DNA from: Trichormus sp. ATA11-4-KO1
GTDB lineage: Bacteria > Cyanobacteriota > Cyanobacteriia > Cyanobacteriales > Nostocaceae
Direction of reading: 5' to 3'
DNA: 64,000 nt
NCBI GenBank assembly: GCA_019358915.1
Contig: JAHHIM010000020.1
Location: forward strand, 16,388 to 80,387
Positions 39,401 through 47,922 of the stretch are shown in pieces (position 1 is the first letter of the stretch; every line of letters starts with the position of its first letter). The notes beneath the pieces were generated by a model. The model saw only the letters and a list, made by a program, of their open reading frames with translations. It did no database searches and was not told the origin of the DNA. The translations under genes were made by a program, and so were the position numbers.

Positions 39401-40801
39401 TGGATAAATCTCTTGAATTTGACACAAGTTGGTATTCATGATAACTTCTTTGAATTAGGTGGACATTCCCTACTAATCACTCAGTTACTTGCCAAAGTCC
39501 GCAACACTTTTCACGTAGATATACCTTTACGAGAATTTTTTAATGCAGCTACTATTGCTGATTTAGCTCAAAGCATTGACAACAAACAGGAAGTTAATTG
39601 CACCAATATTGATCTCAATGCTGAAGCTGTTTTAGACCCAGAAATTCGTCCTGTAGGAAGTCCAGTAGATTACAGCGAAGTAAATTTCATTTTCTTAACA
39701 GGTGCAACTGGGTTTTTAGGAGTATTTTTACTTTACGAACTACTACAACAAACATCAGCAAAGATTTATTGTCTGGTGCGTGCTAACACAACTGTAGATG
39801 GTAAAAATAGGCTGCAAAACAGCTTACAATCTTACTTACTTTGGGATGAAAGTTTTAGCGATCGCATGATTCCCGTCATGGGAGATTTATCTCAACCGCG
39901 ATTGGGATTGTCAGAGTCAGAGTTTAGCAATTTCGCCAGCCAAATAGATGTCATCTATCATAATGGTGCATTTGTCAACTTTACATACCCATATTCCCAA
40001 CTCAAAGTAGCCAACGTCTTAGGCACTCAAGAAGTATTAAGATTAGCGGCTCAAGTTAAAGTTAAGCCAGTACATTTTATTTCCACTATTGGTGTAGTTG
40101 GTGCAGCTGATTCCCAACTAGAAATAATTCGCGAAGATACCCCGAATAATCGCAGTGAAAATATCAAAAGTGGTTATACCCAGAGTAAATGGGTAGCCGA
40201 AAAATTAGTCAAAATAGCAGGCGATCGCGGTATTCCCATTTCTATTTACAGACCAGGCCGCATTTCTGGACATTCAGTTACGGGTGTTTGCAACGTCAAT
40301 GATCACACCTTCAGAATGATTAAAGGCTGTATTCAACTTGGTAGTGCGCCTCTTAATGACTCAATGGTGAATTTAACTCCCATTGATTATGCTAGCAAAG
40401 CAATTATTTATTTATCTCGGCAAAAAGCATCCTTAGGCAAAGTGTTTCATATTATTAATCCTCAGCCTCAACCTTGGAATGAAATGATTAATATCATTGC
40501 TGATTTTGGTTATGCACTCAAGCCAATTGCCTATGAAAAATGGCGCTTAGAACTACTACAAGCAGTCGAGCGATCGCCTGATAATGCTTTGTCTCCTTTA
40601 ATTGGCACCTTTACTGATAGCGAAACACCAAAAAGCAATGCAGAGGAGTCATCACCATCCCAATTAGATTATGAAAATACTCTCACTGGATTAGCAGAAA
40701 CTGCAATTAATTGTCCACCAGTAAATGCCAAATTACTAAATACTTATTTCTCTTACTTAATTGACAGTGGCTTTTTAAATGCTCCACAGTTAATTATTTA
40801 G
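36446..40801 (+). CDS. Terminal NRPS interface-A(Asp)-T-R (thioester reductase)
   Basis: GFRLSPQQ and LPSLCAD; A pocket DLTKIGHVG; T GGHSL; R domain FLTGATGFLG, GYTQSKWVAE and YRPG. Confidence 0.92.
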   Translation: MQAETIEGFRLSPQQKSLWLLQQDSDVYRAQCSILIAGKIKIEVLQAALQQIINQHEIFRTTFHRRPGIKFPIQVIADSCNISWNNINLSDLAGQEQQNKIAELLQQEKSYVCQFEQSPLLRSCLLTLSEQQYLLILTLPSLCADSWTIKNLVKEISDNYAAHLDGKEIPEPGVQYIQFSEWQNELIEAEEAETGKNYWQGQNFVNQIPHILPFESKFIDTFETDCYSINIDSSLVKKLEAIATINKTTISELLLACWQILFYRILKQSDIFVSTVFHGRNYEELHTIMGLLAKWLPIRCSFQDNFKFKEILSQTSETLRNHHQYQEYFIGEEETETTAKLPISFEFEEHPSTYYSDGVSFSLHQQYVCFDRFKIKLSCIRTEAYLCAEFHYDTNLFVQADIARLAEQFLTLVASVANNIESTVSELEILSDRQRQQLLIDFNQTHINHPKDKCIHHLFEAQVEQTPHNIAVVFQEEQLTYIELNNRANQLAHYLQKLGVDTETLVGIYLERSHLNIIALLAILKAGAAYVPLDPALPPEALEFRLQDVQASVLLTQDSLVQQLSETAVQVICLDKNWEVITQENQSNPQTLVKPENLVYAIFTSGSTGKPKAVGVEHQQLLNYLYGVVDRLDLPKGGSFATVSTFAADLGNTVIFAALCHGGCLHILSQEQASDPQALADYFQQHPIDCLKIVPSHLAALIASSPPQTLLPRQCLILGGEVSSWDLIEKIQAQAPKCQIFNHYGPTETTVGVLTYPVYSRKYSHNSHTVPLGKPLANTQVYVLDTQLRPVPIGVPGELYIGGASLSRGYLNRPELTTERFIQNPFIPEAKLYKTGDLVRYLPDGNLEFLGRSDNQVKIRGFRIELGEIEATLRQHPSVQEVVVLATQEKLGDQRLVAYIVVNSPSGLTNQKLESALPGELRNFCLQKLTEYMLPSAFVFLKTLPLTPNGKIDRQALLAIEHTRPQLAQTYVAPRTPTEKQLAEIWINLLNLTQVGIHDNFFELGGHSLLITQLLAKVRNTFHVDIPLREFFNAATIADLAQSIDNKQEVNCTNIDLNAEAVLDPEIRPVGSPVDYSEVNFIFLTGATGFLGVFLLYELLQQTSAKIYCLVRANTTVDGKNRLQNSLQSYLLWDESFSDRMIPVMGDLSQPRLGLSESEFSNFASQIDVIYHNGAFVNFTYPYSQLKVANVLGTQEVLRLAAQVKVKPVHFISTIGVVGAADSQLEIIREDTPNNRSENIKSGYTQSKWVAEKLVKIAGDRGIPISIYRPGRISGHSVTGVCNVNDHTFRMIKGCIQLGSAPLNDSMVNLTPIDYASKAIIYLSRQKASLGKVFHIINPQPQPWNEMINIIADFGYALKPIAYEKWRLELLQAVERSPDNALSPLIGTFTDSETPKSNAEESSPSQLDYENTLTGLAETAINCPPVNAKLLNTYFSYLIDSGFLNAPQLII

Positions 40802-40861
40802 AGCTTGACAGTAAATCATACCAATAAACAAACCACAGAGGCACAGAGAGCGCAAAGAAGA

Positions 40862-42076
40862 ATGAAAGAAAATATCAGAATGACTATACCAGGTCGAGTT
40901 ACAGCCGCAGGAACACGGCGTTACAGGGAAAAACATCAAAAGTATTGTGCATCCAATTTTTTTTATGCAGCTGGTGAACTGATTACCAGTTCTATTGGCA
41001 TTGGGACGCTAATTAATCAAATGGATGAGCAAACCGACCAACTGATGACGCAAGCGATCGCAGAATCAGTACGGTGCGGAGTAAACTTAATTGACACCTC
41101 AATTAGTTATGGCTACCAGCAAGCAGAACGTAGTATAGGAAAAGCTATCTATAATCTTCTTGAATCGGGAGAGGTATCCAGAGATGAACTGATTATCTGT
41201 ACCAAAGGTGGAGTCATACCGCATCCAGAGAACAACCTAGCCGACTGGTTTCAGCACCACTATGTTGAGCCAAGTAACTGTAGAATCAACATGACAGATA
41301 TCGCGGCATCACGTTACTGCATACACCCAGAATACCTGCAAGATCAGCTCAACCGCAGCCTCAAAAATCTCGGACTCCAAACCATCGATGTTTACTACAT
41401 CCATAATCCCGAAAGACAGCTATTAGAAATTGCGCCTGATATTTTCTACAGTAAGTTACGCGCAGCTTTTGAGGTCATGGAAGATGCCGTAGATGCTGGA
41501 AAAATAGCTGCTTATGGTCTAGCAACTTGGGAAGGTTTTCGTGTACCTCCAACTTCCCGCGAGCATTTAGATTTAGCAAAAATTAAGTCTATTGCTCAGG
41601 AAGTAGCTGGAAATAAACAAGACCGATTCCGGTTCATCCAATTTCCCTTGAACATGGTAATGCTAGAAGCACTTCTGTCACCAACTCAGCAAATTGCCGG
41701 ACAAAAAGTTCCCATCTTAGAAGCTGCTTATCGTTTAGGCATGATTCCCGTAGCCAGTAATTCTATTTATCAAGGACAAATCGCTGGTAAAATTCCCGAA
41801 CACATCGCTACTGCTTTGAGTGACAAACTGTGGACTGACTGTCAACGCGCACTCCAATACACCCGCAGCACTCCTGGTATTGCTACTGCTCTTGTGGGAA
41901 TGAAAGGTATAAAACATATAGAAGAAAACTTAGCTTTGAAAACTATTTCATCACTTGAGATAAATAACTTTCAGGCAGTTACACATGCAATTGTTCAAGT
42001 GTTAAAAAGTATGCAAATCGATGATACTTCTTGGACATTTGATTTATCTAAGCTATCTTATTCTAAAAACAATTAA
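40862..42076 (+). CDS. Aldo/keto reductase
   Basis: IGIGT, DTSISYG, TKGG and YIHNP give the Asp/Tyr/Lys/His tetrad. Start is uncertain (40805 TTG, 40862 or 40880 ATG). Confidence 0.85.
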   Translation: MKENIRMTIPGRVTAAGTRRYREKHQKYCASNFFYAAGELITSSIGIGTLINQMDEQTDQLMTQAIAESVRCGVNLIDTSISYGYQQAERSIGKAIYNLLESGEVSRDELIICTKGGVIPHPENNLADWFQHHYVEPSNCRINMTDIAASRYCIHPEYLQDQLNRSLKNLGLQTIDVYYIHNPERQLLEIAPDIFYSKLRAAFEVMEDAVDAGKIAAYGLATWEGFRVPPTSREHLDLAKIKSIAQEVAGNKQDRFRFIQFPLNMVMLEALLSPTQQIAGQKVPILEAAYRLGMIPVASNSIYQGQIAGKIPEHIATALSDKLWTDCQRALQYTRSTPGIATALVGMKGIKHIEENLALKTISSLEINNFQAVTHAIVQVLKSMQIDDTSWTFDLSKLSYSKNN

Positions 42077-42265
42077 CACAAAGATCAGGAATAAGTAGGA
42101 CGTCGTAAATAATTAAAGGTTTGTAGTGAGTTAGCGCGGTCTTGGGGGTTTCCCCATGAGCGACTAACGTACAGCCTGTGGCATCCGGAGGCATTACCCG
42201 TAGGGTAAGGACTTTAGTCCTTAAATAATAGCTAGAGCCAAACACAGACTAACAGGAGCAAAAAA

Positions 42266-42496
42266 ATGTATCAAGACGACAAAGAAGATACCACGATTTA
42301 CAAAGTTGTAGTCAATCACGAAGAGCAGTATTCCATCTGGCCTGCTGAGCGAGAAAATGCACTCGGCTGGCGGGATGCAGGCAAAAGTGGACTGAAGGCA
42401 GAATGTCTTGAGTACATCAAGCAAGTCTGGACTGATATGAGACCACTAAGTTTAAGGAAGAAGATGGAAGAAACCACCCGCAGTCAGACTCACTAA
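42266..42496 (+). CDS. mbtH: MbtH-like NRPS accessory protein
   Basis: [14 protein letters not shown] and [14 protein letters not shown] upstream. Confidence 0.95.
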   Translation: MYQDDKEDTTIYKVVVNHEEQYSIWPAERENALGWRDAGKSGLKAECLEYIKQVWTDMRPLSLRKKMEETTRSQTH

Positions 42497-42676
42497 ATTG
42501 AAATTCTCCCTTTGACAAAAGTCGTATGCAATACGGAGAGCGATTTTTTCGGGGGAGATGGGCAACAATTAACCAGGGGCGTTAAACATCAATCATCCCA
42601 AAGACCTGGAAACTGGGTAGATGCAAATTCGGTGTAACGAACAGTGTGCTGAATATTAGTCCTCTCCGACAAAGAA

Positions 42677-42706
42677 TGTAGAGACGTTCCATGGAACGTC
42701 TCTACA
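42677..42706. repeat. Perfect 30-bp palindrome, GTAG-type REP-like
   Basis: TGTAGAGACGTTCCA/TGGAACGTCTCTACA is its own reverse complement. Confidence 0.85.
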
Positions 42707-43016
42707 AGGTTTTGGAAACAGCATATTGAATTTTTGGAGATGTCTCCTAACACGCAAGAATTCTGTGATTTCATTAAAGACTTTTGCTTGGTTGTCGCCC
42801 TCCTTAATGTATTATACAAGTAATAATATAAATTACAAACATGGGAAATTAAATAAAGTGAGTAAGAAATGAGCAAGTTTTGGTCTGGAAAGTGAGTAGT
42901 AGGAGCAAATAAGCTGTGGATCACTTTGGTAATAGCCACAGTTTTTTTTTGAAATCCAAATCAACCTGCTATTTCCATACCAACACTAGAGGCTAAACAC
43001 CTCAAGGAGGGCAACC

Positions 43017-44267
43017 ATGAGGACAAATGCTCATATCACCTTTTTTATACCAATTGAAAACAGGTTATTCATAGATGAAGTAGTCCAACACATGGCATTT
43101 TTTTTTATCAAACGATTGCTTTGCTTTTTTCGTACCATAGCGGCTGTCGCTATTTTGCTTGTAGTACTAATCTATGCACCTCCTTCAGCTAAAGCTTCAG
43201 ACCACCAAGACACAACTTTTCTGGCCACTAAGCTGACTGCTGCTGATCTCACGGATTTGTTTGTATTTGAAAGTCCAAATGACCCTAATAATGCTGTCCT
43301 AGTAATGGACTTTGATCCTCTCATTGTTTCTAGGGAGAATAGGCCGTTCGACCCCAATGTTCTATATCAGTTCAAGGTTGATAACAATGGTGACAGTATC
43401 GAAGATGTCGTACTCCAATTTAAAATAAATGGCACAGGCTCACAGCAAACTGTCACAGTATACGGACCAGACCGTCCCACAAAAGTAGGAACAGAATCCA
43501 CCTTAGTTACAGCAAATTGGACAGGGCCACTCAACCAAGCATTCAGCACACATAACGGATTGAAGGTCTTCGTTGGCTTACGCAAAGACCCGTTCTTTTT
43601 CGATCTAGAGCAATTCTTTAAAATTATCCCAGATCGCAACTATAACTTGCAACCTAATCCCAGTCCTCCCTTCCAAGTTCTTTCCTTTAGACCAGCAGGT
43701 CAAGCAAAAGATACCCTAGCTCCATTTAATGTCCACTCAATCATTGTTGAGTTACCCAGGGAACTACTTGGTAGTGGCAAGATTGGTGCTTGGATAACAA
43801 CTAGTGTAAAAACGCCTAGACTCCAAAACGGTAACTTTGCTCAAATTGAACGGTTAGCAGTTCCAGCCTTGAATGAACTTTTTATGGACTTCAAAGCCCA
43901 TAATAATAGTAATCTTCAAACACCAACAAAAGATGCTAGCAATCAGTCCCAATTCATTCAAGCTTTTGTGAATGCAATTGGCAGACCTCAAGGTATAGCC
44001 AATGCAGTTATTTCTGTAGCAATTCCTGATGTCATCCAAGCTGACCTTTCTAAATCCAATGGTAGTTACTTTGGTTCTCAATTGGGTAACAACTTTGGTG
44101 GTAGAAGACCAAAAGATGACGTAATCGATGTCACAGCATCTGTCGTCTTTGGTGATGCAGTTACAGGAATTACGGCTGGTCAAATTCCGGCGTTAACTAG
44201 CGATAATGTCGGTCCCGACAATACTAACTTTCTGCCTACCTTTCCTTATTTAGGCAATCCTTTGTAA
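43017..44267 (+). CDS. DUF4331-family secreted protein
   Basis: AAGGAGG RBS; signal-like segment ending AKA then SDHQD; DLTDLFVF, FVGLRKDPFFFD, NVHSI, QIERLAVP, GRRPKDDVID and FPYLGNP. Alternative start at 43092. Confidence 0.8.
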   Translation: MRTNAHITFFIPIENRLFIDEVVQHMAFFFIKRLLCFFRTIAAVAILLVVLIYAPPSAKASDHQDTTFLATKLTAADLTDLFVFESPNDPNNAVLVMDFDPLIVSRENRPFDPNVLYQFKVDNNGDSIEDVVLQFKINGTGSQQTVTVYGPDRPTKVGTESTLVTANWTGPLNQAFSTHNGLKVFVGLRKDPFFFDLEQFFKIIPDRNYNLQPNPSPPFQVLSFRPAGQAKDTLAPFNVHSIIVELPRELLGSGKIGAWITTSVKTPRLQNGNFAQIERLAVPALNELFMDFKAHNNSNLQTPTKDASNQSQFIQAFVNAIGRPQGIANAVISVAIPDVIQADLSKSNGSYFGSQLGNNFGGRRPKDDVIDVTASVVFGDAVTGITAGQIPALTSDNVGPDNTNFLPTFPYLGNPL

Positions 44268-44272
44268 AATTT

Positions 44273-45694
44273 ATGTATCTAAGAATACTATTATTAGTAG
44301 TGCTGGCTAGCCTACTGATTTTACTAAGACCCTCTGATGCACAGGCAATTAGTTTAGGCTACACCAATAAATTAGTCAGCACATACTACCTTGTTGGGCA
44401 ACTACTGACTGTTAAGCAGTCACAAGTAGTCAAGGATTCTCCTCTAGTCTTCCCTGATTATCTAGAGCGATCGCATATTATCAGCGTCTATGAGGAGAAA
44501 GTTGCTCAATCTCCCGATTCCTCAATATTCTTACGTCTACTAGCCGATCAATATTTGCGGCGCTTTCGAGAAGTTGGAGATATAGAAGATGTGTTACGAG
44601 CAGAACAGGCGGCACGTAGCTCCCTAGCACTACAGCCGCACCATAATCAAGTTTCTTCTATGCTCTTAGCATCAGCTTTACTATCTCAACATAAGTTTAG
44701 ACAGGCCTTAGATGTATTAAATAATTCATCTGTTGATAATGCCAGCACTGTCTCGCTCAAAGCATCAATTCAAATGGAATTGGGTGACTATGAAGCAACC
44801 CATCAATTATTGCAGAATCTGACTGACCAAACATCTAACACTGGCCACAATGCAGTTGTTGCTCGTTATTTAGAGCTAACTGGCAATTTAACATCAGCAC
44901 GGCAACTGTTAGATGAAGCAATGCAGGAGATGGACTCTTTCTACACGAACCCAGCAGAAACCCGTGCTTGGTTTCATGTCCGGGCTGGGGATCTGGCTCT
45001 TGCGTCCGGGAACTTTGTTCTGTCTGAGCAGCGATACCAAGAAGCTCTTGACCTCTTCCCTCGACATATAGCTGCGTTTACAGGACTAGCCCGCCTCTAT
45101 GCCTCTGAGCATCGATGGCAAGATGCTCTCAATGCCGCGAATCAAGGTATAGAACTGATGCCGTTGGTAGAAACGCTTGGGTACAAAGCCGATGCCCAAC
45201 TGGCTTTGGGAGACCAAGCAGGTGCAGCTGCAACTGAAGATTTGATCGGGGTAGTAGCTGATCTCAGCAAGGTTAAAGGAATCTATGATCGCGCTTTAGC
45301 GATCTACTACACCGAACACGGAATCCACCTACCAGAAGCACTACAGATTGCCCGTAGTGAAGTAGTAGTGCGGGATGATATCTATGCAGAGGATACGCTG
45401 GCTTGGGCAGCTGCGGCTAATGGACAATGGCAAGAAGCACAACAGGCCGCACAACGGGCAACTCGCTATGGCACAGAAGATGCTTTGCTACAATTTCATG
45501 CTGGCATGATTGCGCTTCACTTAGGTAATCGTGAGGAAGCAATTAAACGACTAACTCAAGCTGTCAGCCTCAATCCTCACTTTCATCACAAGTACGCTGA
45601 TGAAGCTCATCAAGTTTTGGCTAATTTAGTACCATCTATCTATCTGATTCAGGAAAATCACTTAACTCCTGACGTTATAAGAGGTTCTCTATGA
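44273..45694 (+). CDS. Secreted tetratricopeptide-repeat protein
   Basis: N-terminal hydrophobic signal (..AQA) and repeated TPR-like helices (YQEALDLFP, DTLAWA, QAVSLNPHF). Confidence 0.8.
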   Translation: MYLRILLLVVLASLLILLRPSDAQAISLGYTNKLVSTYYLVGQLLTVKQSQVVKDSPLVFPDYLERSHIISVYEEKVAQSPDSSIFLRLLADQYLRRFREVGDIEDVLRAEQAARSSLALQPHHNQVSSMLLASALLSQHKFRQALDVLNNSSVDNASTVSLKASIQMELGDYEATHQLLQNLTDQTSNTGHNAVVARYLELTGNLTSARQLLDEAMQEMDSFYTNPAETRAWFHVRAGDLALASGNFVLSEQRYQEALDLFPRHIAAFTGLARLYASEHRWQDALNAANQGIELMPLVETLGYKADAQLALGDQAGAAATEDLIGVVADLSKVKGIYDRALAIYYTEHGIHLPEALQIARSEVVVRDDIYAEDTLAWAAAANGQWQEAQQAAQRATRYGTEDALLQFHAGMIALHLGNREEAIKRLTQAVSLNPHFHHKYADEAHQVLANLVPSIYLIQENHLTPDVIRGSL

Positions 45695-47145
45695 AAAAGC
45701 TGCTGCATCAGTTGGCTTGGATGACTGCAATCATCACCATGTGTTTATTTTGGATGCCGAGGGCAGATGCCCATCCTCTAGGCAATTTCACCATCAATCA
45801 CTATGCGGGAGTCCAGGTAGCACCGGATGGTGTAGGGATTGATTATGTTCTGGATATGGCAGAAATCCCGGCTTTTCAGGAGATTAATCGCTTAGATACT
45901 AATCACAATCGCCAAACTGAGCCGTTAGAAACGGTTCAATACCCAGATCAAAAATGCCATGAGGCTAACTCACAGCTAGAACTGCTCATTAACAAACAGC
46001 TTTTAGCTTTGTCTGTGGTTAAATCAGCAGTCGAATTTCCTCTCGGTGTGGCAGGATTATCTACACTGCGTCTGAGTTGTAGCTTTCATGGAACAATCGA
46101 GTTATTGGGCGCGGATCAATTACTAGAGTTTGAAGATAAATTCTTCCCACAGCGTCTGGGTTGGCGTGAAATTACTGTGGTAGCCAATGGTGTTCCGGTT
46201 CAAGGTAATTTTGCCGCTTCTAGCATTAGTAACCGCTTGAGAGATTATCCCAATGACTTACTCAGTAGTCCTCTTGAGCAGCGTCATATTTCCTTGAAAC
46301 TCAATCCATCTCTGATATCAAATAAACAAACACTACCACCGTCTGTTAAATCATCCAGTCACTCAGATAATGTTTTGATAGGAAGAGGCAATGATGTTTT
46401 TACTAACCTGATTACCCAGGAAAATCATAATTTCTTGACTATCCTGATAGCTCTAGCGATCGCCTTTTTCTGGGGTGGTATACATGCTCTTTCCCCTGGT
46501 CATGGAAAAACTGTGGTGGGTGCTTATTTGGTAGGCTCTCGCAGCAAGCCCCAACACGCTCTATTTCTGGGGCTGATTATGACGATTACCCATACATCTG
46601 GCATATTTGCTTTAGGGCTGGTCACTCTTGGCACATCCCAGTTTATCTTGACAGAGCAATTGTACCCTTGGTTAAGTGTAATCTCTGGGATACTGGTAAC
46701 TGTGATTGGTCTGAATTTGTTTATCAGGCGATGGCAAGGAAATCAGGTCTTTCATGTACATAGTTATCATCACCATCATGACCACGATCATGTACACCAT
46801 GAGCATTCACATTATAATGTGTCCTCTCTAACATGGTCTAGCATACTGGCACTAGGAATTTCTGGCGGTTTGTTACCTTGTCCTTCAGCCTTGGTAGTAT
46901 TGCTAAGTGCGATCGCGCTAGGAAAAATTGGCTTTGGACTAGCTCTGGTGTCTGCCTTTAGCTTAGGTCTAGCATCAGTACTTACTGGAATCGGCTTAAT
47001 GTTGGTCTACGCTAAAGATAGGTTTGAGCATTTACCACTTCAGATACCCAAGATCAGAATGTTACCAATGGCAAGTGCTTTAGGCATTACCTTAATTGGC
47101 TTAGGTATTACTTCTCAGTCCTTATTGGGGCAACCTTGGAACTAA
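45691..47145 (+). CDS. Ni/Co transporter (RcnA/HoxN-like) with an N-terminal extracytoplasmic domain
   Basis: Signal then HPLGNFTINHY; HALSPGHGKT; His-rich loop HVHSYHHHHDHDHVHHEHSH; GLLPCPSAL; several TM helices. ATGA overlap with the upstream gene. Confidence 0.82.
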   Translation: MKKLLHQLAWMTAIITMCLFWMPRADAHPLGNFTINHYAGVQVAPDGVGIDYVLDMAEIPAFQEINRLDTNHNRQTEPLETVQYPDQKCHEANSQLELLINKQLLALSVVKSAVEFPLGVAGLSTLRLSCSFHGTIELLGADQLLEFEDKFFPQRLGWREITVVANGVPVQGNFAASSISNRLRDYPNDLLSSPLEQRHISLKLNPSLISNKQTLPPSVKSSSHSDNVLIGRGNDVFTNLITQENHNFLTILIALAIAFFWGGIHALSPGHGKTVVGAYLVGSRSKPQHALFLGLIMTITHTSGIFALGLVTLGTSQFILTEQLYPWLSVISGILVTVIGLNLFIRRWQGNQVFHVHSYHHHHDHDHVHHEHSHYNVSSLTWSSILALGISGGLLPCPSALVVLLSAIALGKIGFGLALVSAFSLGLASVLTGIGLMLVYAKDRFEHLPLQIPKIRMLPMASALGITLIGLGITSQSLLGQPWN

Positions 47146-47188
47146 ATAAAATTGCTGAGTTTTGTAAAAATAACCCTGAATAACTATT

Positions 47189-47800
47189 ATGTCACAAGCA
47201 ATTAAAGAATCCATTGTTATTACTTCTGTTGTGATCGCTCTATCTCTAAGTGTTACCCTACCTTCTGAGGCATTCACAGCTTCATATTCAGGTGACACAA
47301 CAAATGCACCAACCTTTAACCGCCCTGAAACAGAAGGTTTTGAAGGTGGTACTAATCCACCCACAGCACTTTCTAGTAACGGTACTGCTGTTCCTTATTT
47401 CAGCCAACCCTTCTTTGTTAATACTACTGGCTCTTATGATATCGTCGGTTCTCAAGCTTTCCTGGGTATTCAATTTTTGTACCAGAATAGTTTTGACTCG
47501 ACTACCCCATTAGCTAATTTACTCAACGGGAATGATCCTTTCCCTGATGAGGGTAACTCTGGTTTTAATGGGTTAAACTTAATAGCCAATAATCAATACT
47601 TTTTAGTCACTACTGGATTTGACAATAGCAATAACAGTTTTGGTGCTTTTAGCAATACCATTACAGGTCTTGGCAACATTACACTCGGTAGCATTCCTGT
47701 AAATGTTCCTGAACCTTCCTCAATCGCCAGCACAATAGTCTTTGGTCTTTTTGGTGGTGGCTTAGTGCTAAAACGCAAACTGAAAATTCGTGATTTGTAA
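47189..47800 (+). CDS. PEP-CTERM sorting-domain protein
   Basis: Signal peptide; S/T/N/G-rich body; C-terminal VPEPSS, hydrophobic helix and KRKLK. Confidence 0.88.
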   Translation: MSQAIKESIVITSVVIALSLSVTLPSEAFTASYSGDTTNAPTFNRPETEGFEGGTNPPTALSSNGTAVPYFSQPFFVNTTGSYDIVGSQAFLGIQFLYQNSFDSTTPLANLLNGNDPFPDEGNSGFNGLNLIANNQYFLVTTGFDNSNNSFGAFSNTITGLGNITLGSIPVNVPEPSSIASTIVFGLFGGGLVLKRKLKIRDL

Positions 47801-47888
47801 TTACGTTTTTGCAAGGGTTTCAGACATTTCAAATGGGTGATTTATTTACACCATGCCTTACTAGTACTTTGTCAAGTTAGTTTTGAGG

Positions 47889-47922
47889 GTTTGTAGTAAG
47901 GACTAAAGTCCTTACTACAAAC
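47889..47922. repeat. Perfect 16-bp inverted repeat between convergent genes (REP-like or bidirectional terminator)
   Basis: GTTTGTAGTAAGGACT-AA-AGTCCTTACTACAAAC. Confidence 0.8.

Noticed and set aside
1..42496. Identity with microcystin, anachelin or a known cyanochelin cluster
   Set aside because: The module order (two Dab, FkbH cassette, R release, no heterocyclisation domain in the window) does not match these pathways as I know them; a database comparison is still required.
42500..42655. GC-richer stretch after mbtH as a riboswitch, ncRNA or gene remnant
   Set aside because: No recognisable conserved riboswitch motif or protein similarity by eye; an Rfam or BLASTX search would be needed.
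42589..42939. 116-aa minus-strand ORF
   Set aside because: It crosses a palindromic repeat, has no recognisable motif and uses a non-ATG start.
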